The notes below the pieces were generated by a model, which made no database searches, was not told the origin of the DNA, and was given only the letters and a program-made list of their open reading frames with translations. Positions 41,727-51,736 of a DNA stretch of 64,000 bases are shown here, piece by piece. The stretch's first letter is position 1. Each line of letters opens with the position of its first letter. This stretch comes from an uncultured Verrucomicrobiae bacterium (lineage in GTDB: Bacteria > Verrucomicrobiota > Verrucomicrobiia > Chthoniobacterales > UBA10450), in contig CAVSDR010000005.1 in the NCBI GenBank assembly GCA_963726745.1, positions 96,001 to 160,000 on the forward strand. The letters are read 5' to 3'. The translations under genes and the position numbers were made by a program.

Positions 41727-43541
41727 ATGGATAAAATAAGAAACATCGCCATTATTGCACACGTCGACCACGGGAAGACCACCTTGGTTGATCAGTTGCT
41801 TCGTCAGTCCGGAACTTTCCGCTCCAACCAAAAAGTCGAGGAACGGATGATGGATTCCATGGATCTCGAGCGCGAGAAGGGGATCACCATTCGCGCCAAG
41901 AACGCCGCCTTCGAGTGGAACGGCTACCGCGTGAACATCGTCGACACACCTGGCCACGCCGACTTCGGCGGCGAAGTCGAGCGCATCATGAAGATGGTCG
42001 ATGGCGTCCTTCTGGTGGTTGATGCGCATGATGGTCCTCAGGCGCAGACGCGTTTCGTCCTCCGGAAGGCGCTCGAAAACAAGGTCAAACCGATCGTGGT
42101 GATCAACAAGATCGACCGCGAGAATGCCCGTCCGCACAAAGTGCTGGATATGGTTTTCGATCTTTTCGTTGAGCTCAAGGCCAACGATGAGCAGCTCGAT
42201 TTTCCGATCGTCTACGCGAGCGCGAAGAACGGCTTCGCCATGCGCGAAATTCACGAAAACAGCGAGGACATGACCGCGCTCTTCGAGACGATTATTCAGC
42301 ACGTCCCTCCGCCCACGATTTCCTCCGAGCCTTACTTGCAGATGCTCGTCTCTAATCTCGATTACAGCGATTATCTCGGCCGGATTGCCTTGGGCCGTAT
42401 CGTCAGTGGCCGCGTGGCTGTAGGCGACTCGATCGTTTGCATTCACCGCGACGGCCGCCGCGAACGCGCCAGCGTGACCGCGCTTTTCACTTTCTCGGGC
42501 ATGGGCCAGGTGGAAACGAAGAACGCCTCCGCCGGCGAGATCGTCGGGCTCACCGGATTCGAAGAAGTTTTCATCGGAGAGACCCTGACCGATCGCGAAG
42601 AGCGCACGCCGCTGCAGTTCGTCGACATCGATCCGCCGACCATCCGGATGCGCATCCTGGTGAACGACTCGCCGTTCGCTGGCCGCGAAGGCAAATACGT
42701 CACTGCCCGCCACGTGCGCGAGCGCCTCATCCGCGAAACCCGCGGCAATGTCTCGCTGCAGGTGAATGACACTGAGGCGGCCGGCGCTTTTGAAATCAAC
42801 GCCCGCGGCGAGATGCAGATCGCCATCCTGGTGGAACAAATGCGCCGCGAAGGCTACGAGGTCATGGTCTCGCGGCCGGAAGTCATCTTCCAACGCGACG
42901 ATCACGGCAACCTCCTCGAGCCCCTCGAGAATCTCTACGTCGAAGTCCCGAGCGACAAATTAGGCGACGTTTTGCAGTCGTTAGCCGGCCGCAAGGCCGA
43001 TGTGCAAAACATGGAGCACCACGCCACCCGCGTCTCTGTGGAAGCGATCATTCCCACCCGCGGCCTTATCGGTTTCGAGAGCGATTTGGTGAACTTGACC
43101 CGCGGCGAAGGCTTGATGAGCCATCTCTTCCGCGAATACGCCCCGTTCAAGGGCGAGATCGAAGGCCGCAACCGTGGCGTGCTTATTTCCATGGAAGCCG
43201 GCGTTAGCACCGCGTACGCGCTCAACAATATTCAGACGCGCGGCAAGCTCTTCATCGGGCCGCAGGAGGAGATCTACTCCGGCATGATCGTGGGCGAGAA
43301 CGCCCGCCCGGATGATCTCCCGGTGAACCCCTGCAAGGCAAAGCATCTCACAAACATGCGCAGTCAGGGCGACGGCAAAGGCATTCAATTGGAAGCTCCG
43401 CTGAAGATGTCGCTTGAGCGCGCGATCGAGTACATCAGCTCCGACGAATACGTCGAGGTCACGCCGAAATCGCTCCGCCTGCGCAAGCGCCTCCTGGATG
43501 CCACTGCGCGCAAGCGCGCCAGCAACGCTGTCGCCGCGTAA
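41727..43541 (+). CDS. typA: Translational GTPase TypA/BipA
   Basis: [66 protein letters not shown]. Confidence 0.97.
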   Translation: MDKIRNIAIIAHVDHGKTTLVDQLLRQSGTFRSNQKVEERMMDSMDLEREKGITIRAKNAAFEWNGYRVNIVDTPGHADFGGEVERIMKMVDGVLLVVDAHDGPQAQTRFVLRKALENKVKPIVVINKIDRENARPHKVLDMVFDLFVELKANDEQLDFPIVYASAKNGFAMREIHENSEDMTALFETIIQHVPPPTISSEPYLQMLVSNLDYSDYLGRIALGRIVSGRVAVGDSIVCIHRDGRRERASVTALFTFSGMGQVETKNASAGEIVGLTGFEEVFIGETLTDREERTPLQFVDIDPPTIRMRILVNDSPFAGREGKYVTARHVRERLIRETRGNVSLQVNDTEAAGAFEINARGEMQIAILVEQMRREGYEVMVSRPEVIFQRDDHGNLLEPLENLYVEVPSDKLGDVLQSLAGRKADVQNMEHHATRVSVEAIIPTRGLIGFESDLVNLTRGEGLMSHLFREYAPFKGEIEGRNRGVLISMEAGVSTAYALNNIQTRGKLFIGPQEEIYSGMIVGENARPDDLPVNPCKAKHLTNMRSQGDGKGIQLEAPLKMSLERAIEYISSDEYVEVTPKSLRLRKRLLDATARKRASNAVAA

Positions 43542-43667
43542 TTTAGCCAGCAACTTGGTTCGTTAGGCGTCACTTGTTGCCGCCGGGGCGCCGAGCGACC
43601 ATGCGCAAACGGCACGACGCACTTAGCGTCGTGGCTCCAGCTGTTTGTCTCTCCCCCGCCAGCGGCG

Positions 43668-43696
43668 TTGACAGGCGCGGGCGCTTGCGTTTGAAT
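43668..43696 (+). promoter_or_regulatory. Putative sigma-70 promoter of yebC-rho
   Basis: TTGACA-N17-TTGAAT. Confidence 0.5.
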
Positions 43697-43807
43697 TTTC
43701 CCGTTCGTCTGCCGCTGCGAGAGCCATTCTCTCCCGCAGTTTTCGCTTCCGATTCTCCCCCGGGTGCAAGCTGGCGCGACTGACACCGTTTAAACGACAC
43801 GTTCGAC

Positions 43808-44563
43808 ATGGCAGGACACAGCAAGTGGTCCAAGGTAAAGCGCAGCAAAGGGGCCTTGGACGTGAAACGCGGCGCGCTCTTTAGCAAGCTGGCGAAGGAA
43901 ATCTCCATCGCCGCGCGCATGGGCGGCGGCGATCCTGCCGCCAATGTCCGCCTCCGCAGCGCCATTCTCTCGGCCCGCGCGCAGAGTATGCCGAACGACA
44001 ACATCGAGCGCGCGATCCGCCGTGGCACGGGCGAAGGCGAAGCCGCGGTGCACTACGACGAATTGGTCTACGAAGGCTATGCGCCCGGCGGTGTGGCTGT
44101 GCTCGTGGAAGCGGCGACCGATAACAAGAACCGCACGGCCGCGGACCTGCGCCTCATTTTTAGCAAAAATGAAGGCAACCTCGGCACCAGCGGCAGCGTT
44201 TCCTACATGTTCCACAAAAAAGGGCGCATCAGCGTGCCGCGAGCGGCCATTGCAGAGGAGCAGCTGTTCGAGCTGGCCCTGGAAGCCGGGGCGGAAGAGT
44301 TGACAACCGAAGAGGAGGCGTATGTTATCACCACTTCACCCGATCAGCTCTACGCTGTAGCTGAGGCGCTCCGACACGCGGGCGTCGCCATGGAAGGGCA
44401 GAAGTTTACTTTCATTCCCGATACGACAGTTCCTGTCGTCGACGAGGCCACCGCCCTCCAGGTATTGCGGTTGTGCGAAAGCCTCGAAGACGACGATGAC
44501 GTTCAGAACGTCTATTCCAATTTAGATATTTCCGACGAGTTGCTGGCGCGGTTGCCGGCTTAA
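43808..44563 (+). CDS. yebC: YebC/PmpR family protein
   Basis: MAGHSKW, YEGYAPGG, TDNKNRT, LEDDDDVQNVYSN. Confidence 0.96.
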   Translation: MAGHSKWSKVKRSKGALDVKRGALFSKLAKEISIAARMGGGDPAANVRLRSAILSARAQSMPNDNIERAIRRGTGEGEAAVHYDELVYEGYAPGGVAVLVEAATDNKNRTAADLRLIFSKNEGNLGTSGSVSYMFHKKGRISVPRAAIAEEQLFELALEAGAEELTTEEEAYVITTSPDQLYAVAEALRHAGVAMEGQKFTFIPDTTVPVVDEATALQVLRLCESLEDDDDVQNVYSNLDISDELLARLPA

Positions 44564-44632
44564 GAATTTCAGGACGCTGAGTCCGGATTTGCCCGACGTG
44601 TGTCGCGCGCCCGCCCCTCGGCCTGTTTGCAT

Positions 44633-46149
44633 ATGAACGAAGAATCACAGAATCAGTCCGAGGGCGCGAACCAAGTCCGCGCCGGCCCGTCGCCGCCGGC
44701 CTTCCCGCCGCGGCGCGCGTCCCCGCCGTGTCGCTGGCAATGCCGAGCGTCCTTCCGAAAACGTCGATGAACGCCGCGCCGCCGAGATGACCGCCGACCG
44801 CACCCGCGAGCAGCGCGAGCAGCGCGAGGGCGGGAGCCACGATTCTTCCGAGCCCGCGAATCGCGAAGGCGAAGGGCAAAGCTCCGCGCCTCCGCAGGGC
44901 GACCGCGAATTCCGCGAGCGCGACCGTGGCGGCGAGCGAAGCGATCACGAGGACCGTGATCGTCCGCGGGACCGAGAGCGCGATCGCTCCGAGCAACCGC
45001 ACGGCGGTGGCCAGGGGAACAACAACGGCCAGGACCTGCAGCGCGAGCCGGAGTTTGGCGAAGGCATCATCGAGATTTCCGGGAAAGGCTTTGGCTTCCT
45101 GCGCGACCCCAAGCGCAACTTCGTCCAGACGCCGCAGGACATTTTCGTCACACCGGAGATAGTGCGCCGTTTTAACCTGCGCGACGGCATGTGGGTCCAG
45201 GGTGAGACGCGCCGCGGCAATCGCGGGCCGCAGCTCATGCGCCTGAACAAGATCAACGACGACGAGCCGACGAAGTATCAGGAACTTCGCCCGTTCGAGG
45301 AGCTGACCACGATCAATCCGAACAAGCGGATCAAGCTCGAGACCGTGCCCGACCGCTTCACTACGCGCATCATGGACTTGATGACGCCGCTCGGCATGGG
45401 CCAGCGCGGGATCATTGTCGCCCCGCCGCGCACCGGCAAGACCACCCTCCTGCATCACATCGCCGATGCCGTGACCAAAAACCATCCGGAGATGAAATTG
45501 ATCATCTTGCTGGTTGATGAACGTCCCGAGGAAGTGACCGATTTCCGCCGCTCGTGCCCAGGCGCCGAGATCATGGCCAGCTCGAACGACAGCGACATCA
45601 AAAGCCACACGCGCATCGCCCAGCTCGCGATCGAGCGCGCCAAGCGCATGGTCGAGGCCGGCAAACACGTCTTCATTCTGCTCGATTCCATCACCCGCAC
45701 CGCGCGCGCGTTTAACAACGCCACCGGCGGCGGCGGTCGCACCATGAGCGGCGGCATCGACGCCCGCGCGATGGAAATCCCGCGAAAGATTTTCGCCGCC
45801 GCCCGCAATACCGAAGAAGCGGGTTCACTCACGATTGTCGCGACTGCGCTTGATCGAAACCGGCAGCCGCATGGACGAGCTCATTTTCCAAGAGTTCAAA
45901 GGCACCGGGAACATGGAGCTGGTGCTCGATCGCAAGATCAGCGATCAGCGCATTTACCCGGCAGTCGATATTTTCCTCTCCGGCACCCGTCGCGAAGAGC
46001 TGCTCCTGGAAGCCTGGGAGCTGGAGAAGATCAACCTGATTCGCCGCGGCCTCGCCGGTCACAAACCGGAGGAAGCAATCCAGCGCCTGCTCATGTTCGT
46101 GAAGAAATTCCCCACGAATACGCAGATGCTGAAAGAGATCCCGGGTTAA
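44633..46149 (+). CDS. rho: Transcription termination factor Rho (frameshifts near 44665 and 45851)
   Basis: GFGFLR, GMGQRGIIVAPPRTGKT, LVDERPEEVTD, LDSITR, GSLTIVATAL then frame change to IETGSRMDELIFQEFKGTGNMEL, SGTRREELL. The 5' start is inferred. Confidence 0.93.
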
Positions 46150-46154
46150 CCACC

Positions 46155-46682
46155 GTGCCGCGAAGAACTGGCGCGGAGGAAGTGGAGTGGGAGATCCTGC
46201 CTCCGGAAGAAAAAGGCCAGCGCGCCCGGGTGGAGCCGCTCTTCCGCTGGATCGCGTTCTTCATGGATGACTTCCTGCGCCTGCCCGGCACGAAGTTTCG
46301 CTTCGGTCTCGATCCGCTGATCGGCCTGATTCCTGGAATTGGCGACACCGGCTCCGCGCTCGTAAGCGCGTTCGCCCTTATTCAAGCCGTGCGCACTGGC
46401 ATCCCGAAGATCGTCCTCGCGCGCATGTCGATGAACATCCTGCTGAACGAAGTTATTGGGATCGTCCCCGTTTTAGGCGACGCCTTCTCTTTCTGGTTCA
46501 AGTCGAACGCGCGCAACCATGCGCTCCTGCAACAACACCTGCAGGCCCCGCGAAAGGCGCAGGCGAGCGATTGGTTTTTCGTCTTCGGTATTCTCCTCGC
46601 GTTGGTGGTCGTTGTCGGCGCCGGCCTTTTCGTCAGCCTGTGGCTCATCCAACAATTCCTGCGGCTCCTGACCGCTCGTTAG
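46155..46682 (+). CDS. DUF4112 family membrane protein
   Basis: MDDFLRLPGTKFRFGLDPLIGLIPGIGD, GIVPVLGD..FKSNARN. Confidence 0.85.
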   Translation: MPRRTGAEEVEWEILPPEEKGQRARVEPLFRWIAFFMDDFLRLPGTKFRFGLDPLIGLIPGIGDTGSALVSAFALIQAVRTGIPKIVLARMSMNILLNEVIGIVPVLGDAFSFWFKSNARNHALLQQHLQAPRKAQASDWFFVFGILLALVVVVGAGLFVSLWLIQQFLRLLTAR

Positions 46683-46701
46683 CCGTCACCTCCGCGGCTC
46701 T

Positions 46702-49419
46702 TCAGCTGCTTCGCGCCAATTGCCGCACGTAAAAGGCGTGGATGATTTCACGGGCGGCGCGGTATTCCTGGCCGAAAGCGTCGAGGCTCTTCTTTCCCAG
46801 GCGTCGGGCCAGGCGGCCTTGGGCCTCCTCGTCGGGCGGAAGTGTGGCGACGCTTTTGTGTTCCCAGCGACGGAGAACCGACTCGCAACGGCGGAGGAAA
46901 TCGTAGCTCCGCTGGAACATTTCCGCTTGATCGCGCGGGATCAGTTCGCCGTCGCGCAGACCGCGCACCGCCTCGGTGAAGCTGGGACTCCAGAGGCTGG
47001 CGCGCATCTGTAGCGCCTGGACGATGAACTCTGCTTCCACCATTCCGCCGAGCCCCGTCTTGTAGTCTAAAATTTCCGAGCCGCTGCCGCGATCGCGCCG
47101 CACGCGCTCGCGCATGGCCTCGATTTGCTCGAGCAAGTCGCTCCGCTGCCCGGTGGTGCGCCAGAGCTCCTTGGCCATGGCGATGAACTCCTCGCCGCGC
47201 GGCCCGCAGATCGCACGCGCGCGCGTGAGCGCCTGGATTTCCCACAGCTGCGCGCGCGTGCGGTAGTAGGTTTCGCAGGTGCCTAACGAGCACACGATCG
47301 GGCCTTTCTCGCCGTCCGGCCGGAGCCGGGCATCGAGCGCGTAGATCGAACCTTCCGCCGTCAGCTTGCCCATCTCGACGATTAATTCCTGCGTCGCCTT
47401 GGTATCGTTGCCGATGAAAAGGACGTCTAAATCCGCGCCGTAGCTCAGCTCCGCACCGCCAAATTTACCCAGCGCGATCACCGTGAGGTCGCCTTCCCTA
47501 ACGAGGAGTCGGTGCACGTAGCGCAGGCAGGCCTCGGCGAGCGCGGAGTGTTCCGCCTCGAGGTCGCGCACTTCGAGCAGACCGAGGATGTCGCGCACGG
47601 TGATGCGCAGCAATTGCGCCTGCCGGTAGATGCGCACGCCGTCCACGTTGCCGGCGGTTTCTAATGCGACCAGGTGGCGCGCGACGGTGCGGTTCGCATC
47701 GAGCACGCCAGGCCGGGTCACTTCCTCGAGCAGTTGCGGCCGGCGAATCAAAAGATCGGTCGCGAAGCGGCTGGCATCGATCGTCTTCACCAGCAGCTCG
47801 AGCAGGCGCGGGTTGGCCACGAGCAACTCAAACAGCAAGCTGCGCATGCCATACGCCTGCACGAACCGGAGGAATTGCGTGAGCGTGGCGTCTGGATCAG
47901 CCGCCTGCTCGAGCCACGCAAGCAGGGGCGTGCGCAGCTTCCGAAAAATCTGCCGGGTGCGCGGCGCCACGTGAAAGCTCCCGCGGCCTTGAGTCAATTC
48001 CTCGAAGGCCTTGGTAGCCGCGGCCTGGTCGCGAAAAACCTCGAGCCGCAAGGCGCTCTCCTGGTCGCGCGGACGGTGCGCAATCACGCGCACGAAAATC
48101 TCGCGCACGCGTTGCGTGTGGACCTGCAAGGCCTGGCCGAAAGCCGCCGCGTTCTCGAACCCGAGACTGCGCGCCAGCCGCAAGCGGGCTTCGCCTTCCT
48201 CGGGGACGGTGTGGGTTTGCTGCTCGGCCTCGATCTGCAGGCGATGCTCGACCCGGCGGAGAAAACGGTAAGCCTGGTCGAGATCGTGCGCTTCGCCACG
48301 CGGGAGCAATTCCAGCTCCGCCAGGCCAGGCAGCACTTTGAGCGTGCTTGTTTCCTGGAGGAAAGCGTTGCGCGCGCCGTGCAGGAGTTGCAGCGCCTGG
48401 ACGACGAACTCGATCTCGCGGATGCCGCCGGTGCCGAGCTTCACGTTTCGCCCGAGTTTGTCGTGCCCGACAATATCGCGCTCAATCCGGCGCTTGATCG
48501 CGGCGATCTCGTCGAGCAGCTCCGGCGTGGCGCTGCGTGGATAGACGAACGGCTGGTGCTCGCGCAGGAACTCGTAGGCTAATTCCTCGTCCCCGGCGAT
48601 CCCGCGGGCCTTGATCAAGGCAAGGCGCTCCCAGGTTTCGCCAAAGCCGGCGTAGTAATTCTCCAGGCTCTCGAGCGAGCGGGCGAGCGGACCCGCGGAA
48701 CCTTCCGGGCGCAGCCGCAGGTCCATGCGGAAGAGCGGACCGGCGGGCGAGTTGGCGGAGAAGGTCTCGAAAATCTTCGTGGCCAAACGCGAAAACCATT
48801 GGTGATAGCTGAGCGTGGGCGTGACCTGGCCTTCTTCGCTGTAGAGGAAAATGACGTCGATGTCGGAGCTATGATTAAGCTCGCGTCCGCCGAGTTTGCC
48901 CAGGCCGAGGACGGCAAATTGCGCCTTGGGCGAGCCCAACCGCGCACGCAATTCCGTGTCCCAATGCCGCAGCACTTCGGCCACACAAATCTCCGCGAGC
49001 TGCGAAAGCTCGCCGGTGGTTTCCTCCAGCGGCGCCGCGCCCGCGACTTCGCGCAGGGAAATGCGGAGCATCTCGCGCCCTTTCCAGAGGCGGAGCTCGC
49101 GGAAGTTATCCGCACCTAACGACACTTCGCCGCGCGGGAGATCGGCGCGCATCAGCCGGCGCGGTCGGGGCGCGGCGCAAACTTCGCTCAACCAGAGGAG
49201 CCAGGCCGGCTGCCTAACGAGTCGATTGGCGCAAACGCTGGAAACGGCCAGGAGATGGAGGAAAGCCTCGAGCCCGAGCGGGAAGTCCTCGAGCAACGGC
49301 TGGAGCGCGGGCGCGTCCGCGGGCCAGACTTCGTCGAGCCGGGTAAGGGCGCGCGCGACCTGGCCCGGCTGCAAAGTGCTGGCTGATTTTTCCCGAATCC
49401 AGACTGCGTCGAGGCCCAT
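46702..49419 (-). CDS. glnE: Bifunctional glutamine synthetase adenylyltransferase/deadenylylase
   Basis: Two NT domains: LGKLGGRELNHSSDID..DLRLRPEG and LGKFGGAELSYGADLD..DARLRPDG; NVKLGTGGIREIEF. Confidence 0.95.
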   Translation of the reverse strand: MGLDAVWIREKSASTLQPGQVARALTRLDEVWPADAPALQPLLEDFPLGLEAFLHLLAVSSVCANRLVRQPAWLLWLSEVCAAPRPRRLMRADLPRGEVSLGADNFRELRLWKGREMLRISLREVAGAAPLEETTGELSQLAEICVAEVLRHWDTELRARLGSPKAQFAVLGLGKLGGRELNHSSDIDVIFLYSEEGQVTPTLSYHQWFSRLATKIFETFSANSPAGPLFRMDLRLRPEGSAGPLARSLESLENYYAGFGETWERLALIKARGIAGDEELAYEFLREHQPFVYPRSATPELLDEIAAIKRRIERDIVGHDKLGRNVKLGTGGIREIEFVVQALQLLHGARNAFLQETSTLKVLPGLAELELLPRGEAHDLDQAYRFLRRVEHRLQIEAEQQTHTVPEEGEARLRLARSLGFENAAAFGQALQVHTQRVREIFVRVIAHRPRDQESALRLEVFRDQAAATKAFEELTQGRGSFHVAPRTRQIFRKLRTPLLAWLEQAADPDATLTQFLRFVQAYGMRSLLFELLVANPRLLELLVKTIDASRFATDLLIRRPQLLEEVTRPGVLDANRTVARHLVALETAGNVDGVRIYRQAQLLRITVRDILGLLEVRDLEAEHSALAEACLRYVHRLLVREGDLTVIALGKFGGAELSYGADLDVLFIGNDTKATQELIVEMGKLTAEGSIYALDARLRPDGEKGPIVCSLGTCETYYRTRAQLWEIQALTRARAICGPRGEEFIAMAKELWRTTGQRSDLLEQIEAMRERVRRDRGSGSEILDYKTGLGGMVEAEFIVQALQMRASLWSPSFTEAVRGLRDGELIPRDQAEMFQRSYDFLRRCESVLRRWEHKSVATLPPDEEAQGRLARRLGKKSLDAFGQEYRAAREIIHAFYVRQLARSS

Positions 49420-49450
49420 GCTGGCTAGATGGGCAGGGAGGCCGGCGGTT

Positions 49451-50281
49451 TCAGGATTGCGCGACGAGTTTTTCGCGCGCCTGCAGAAGGATGCGGCGTT
49501 CGCTGCGGGTGAGGCTCCCGAGCCCCTGGCGCGCGATCTTGTCGAGCAGTGGGTCGACTTCCGCGGAGATAAATTGCTCCGCATCCATCTGGCGCAGGCG
49601 CTCGTTTTTTTGCCGGCGCCGATGGAGCGCGCGCTGGAGCGGCGAGGGCCGGCCGAAGCCGAGCAGGTGCGCATAACAAAAACCGGCCGCGGCGCCGCCG
49701 AGGATCGCGCTGTGGAGCACGGTCGCGCTCCGGTCCACGAAGACCAGCGCAACGCCGAGCGCAGTCACGGCGTAGGCGAGATATTTCGCCTTCAGGCGCA
49801 CTGGGAAGACGAGGAAAACCAGCGCGGTGATTTCCAACTCCGGCAAGATGGTGGCGTAGGCCAGGACGACGGCGACCACTCCGCCCGAGGCCGCGAAGAG
49901 GACGGAGGAAGCGGGCATGAGCGCGAGATGCCCGAGTTCCCCGAGGAAGCCGCCGGCGAGGTAAAGAAAAAGAAAATGCCGCTGCCCGAGGATCGATTCC
50001 ACGTCGCGGCCGAGGAGGTAAAGCACCACCATGTTGCCGGCTAAATGCCACGGCCCGGCGTGAACGAAGGGGGCGGCAAAAAATTGCCAGGCGTAGGCGC
50101 TCTCCAGGCCGGCTTCGCTGAAGCCGAGGAACTCGCGGACGAAGCCGGGCTCGTAGGCGTCGAGGATCAGTTGCGCCCCGTAGACCGCGACGTTCAAGCC
50201 AATGATCGTGAGCAGGACGAGGCGCTGACGCTGGGTCCACGGCCGGGCGATGGACGACGATTTCCGGCCGGAAAGGCGCAT
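49451..50281 (-). CDS. Rhomboid-family intramembrane protein with C-terminal helical domain (DUF6576-like)
   Basis: WQFF..FVH....HLAGNM, AASG, HSAILGG; EVDPLLDKIARQGLGSLT..E. Confidence 0.85.
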   Translation of the reverse strand: MRLSGRKSSSIARPWTQRQRLVLLTIIGLNVAVYGAQLILDAYEPGFVREFLGFSEAGLESAYAWQFFAAPFVHAGPWHLAGNMVVLYLLGRDVESILGQRHFLFLYLAGGFLGELGHLALMPASSVLFAASGGVVAVVLAYATILPELEITALVFLVFPVRLKAKYLAYAVTALGVALVFVDRSATVLHSAILGGAAAGFCYAHLLGFGRPSPLQRALHRRRQKNERLRQMDAEQFISAEVDPLLDKIARQGLGSLTRSERRILLQAREKLVAQS

Positions 50282-50356
50282 GAGGCCGAGATTATCGCAA
50301 CGCCCCGGGATTGTCACTGGATGAAACGTGCGGCCGCGTCGCGGGCGAGAAATCCG

Positions 50357-51634
50357 CTAGGGCGCCGGGGCGTTCTTGAGGATTTTCAAGGCGCGTAAGA
50401 GGCCTTCGCTCACCAGTTCGTAGAGCGGGAAATCGACGAAGAGGATGAGGTATTGGCGGTATTCCATTGCGCAGAGGAAGGCGACCGCGCCGCCGAGAAT
50501 CCAGGCGCGTTGCCGGGTTACCGGCTGGATCACTTGCACCAAAAGGCCGAAGGCGAGGAGGCGCAGCGGCAGCTCCCACATGGTCGCGTAGCGCAGGTTC
50601 ATCCCGTATTTCAGGTTGCACATCACGAGGTAACTCGCGCCGATGAAGACCGCGACGAAGAGCTCCGGCTTCATCGCGCGGTTGAGCCGGAAAAGCGCGC
50701 CGATAGCCAGCAACATGACGATCGGACTCACGAGGGTGAGATCGACGATGTAGCGGTGCCATGGGCCATCGCCGGTCACGATTGCGTAGACCAGGTGATA
50801 ATTTTTGCTCACCGAGAGCTGGTAAGTCGTGAGCAAGGTCTCGACCCCACCGGCGAGGAAGAGCAATCCCACCACGCCCAGCAGTGGGCCGACGACCAGG
50901 CAGCCGAGCAGCTCGCGCGTGACCGTGCCCCACTCGAGCCAGCGATTGAGCACGATGATGGCGCCGAAGGCGATGAAGACGAAGGCGGCGTTCTCCTTCG
51001 TCAACACCATGCAGGCGAGGGCGAGCGCGAACGGCAGGAGCCAGCGCCAATCGCGCGGCGCCCGCAGGTTCTCCCAGAGCAGCCAGAGATTGAGGATCGC
51101 CCAAAAGGCGAAGAAGCCGTCGACCAGCGCATGCTGCGACATGTGAAGCTGCGTGGGCGCGAAGGCGATCAGCGCGCCCACGGCCAGCGCGGTCAGCGGA
51201 CCTTTTAAGCGCCAGGCAAAGAGCGTGCTCAGGAGCAGCAGGAGCACGCTAAAGAAGGAAGCTACATCGTGCAGTGCCTGCAGCACCTCGGTGCCGAAGA
51301 GCTGGTGCCAGCTGTAGGCCGCGAAGATGTAGAGAAAACGCATCGGCGGGAGGATGGAGCCAGTGAGCGTTTTCTGAACTTCGATGTAGCGATCGACGAT
51401 GCTGGAGTAGTTCGTGAGCCCCACGCGCACGAGGCTGTTCACGTAGCCTCGATAGAGGCTTTCATCGAAGCCTACGCCGTCGAAGGCGGGATTCGGGTGC
51501 ACCGCCGCGAGTGCGTGGAGCGCGCCCTCTTTCTCGAAGAGCGCCGCCGGGAGCCGCAGGAAAATGCCGGTCGCGAGGACGAGCGCGAGCGCGACGAAGA
51601 AGAGGCGGCGATGTCGGGCAGGCGGCGGCAGCAT
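50357..51634 (-). CDS. GT-C fold membrane glycosyltransferase (ArnT/PMT-like)
   Basis: TM1 followed by an FDE motif, PP, ALVDG, LTKE; many TM helices. Confidence 0.7.
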   Translation of the reverse strand: MLPPPARHRRLFFVALALVLATGIFLRLPAALFEKEGALHALAAVHPNPAFDGVGFDESLYRGYVNSLVRVGLTNYSSIVDRYIEVQKTLTGSILPPMRFLYIFAAYSWHQLFGTEVLQALHDVASFFSVLLLLLSTLFAWRLKGPLTALAVGALIAFAPTQLHMSQHALVDGFFAFWAILNLWLLWENLRAPRDWRWLLPFALALACMVLTKENAAFVFIAFGAIIVLNRWLEWGTVTRELLGCLVVGPLLGVVGLLFLAGGVETLLTTYQLSVSKNYHLVYAIVTGDGPWHRYIVDLTLVSPIVMLLAIGALFRLNRAMKPELFVAVFIGASYLVMCNLKYGMNLRYATMWELPLRLLAFGLLVQVIQPVTRQRAWILGGAVAFLCAMEYRQYLILFVDFPLYELVSEGLLRALKILKNAPAP

Positions 51635-51736
51635 GTGGGCAAGAATCTAGCAATTTGCGTGAAAGACAATGCGCCTTCCGAGGCCGGCGCACAGCCAGGC
51701 GGCGAGGAACACATCCTGCTTGGAAAAGAGTCGCCG

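Noticed and set aside
44787..46682. Apparent 631-aa Rho-DUF4112 fusion in the ORF track
   Set aside because: A +1 indel near 45851 shifts Rho into the DUF4112 frame. The genuine Rho C-terminus is in ORF 45835..46149 with its own stop.
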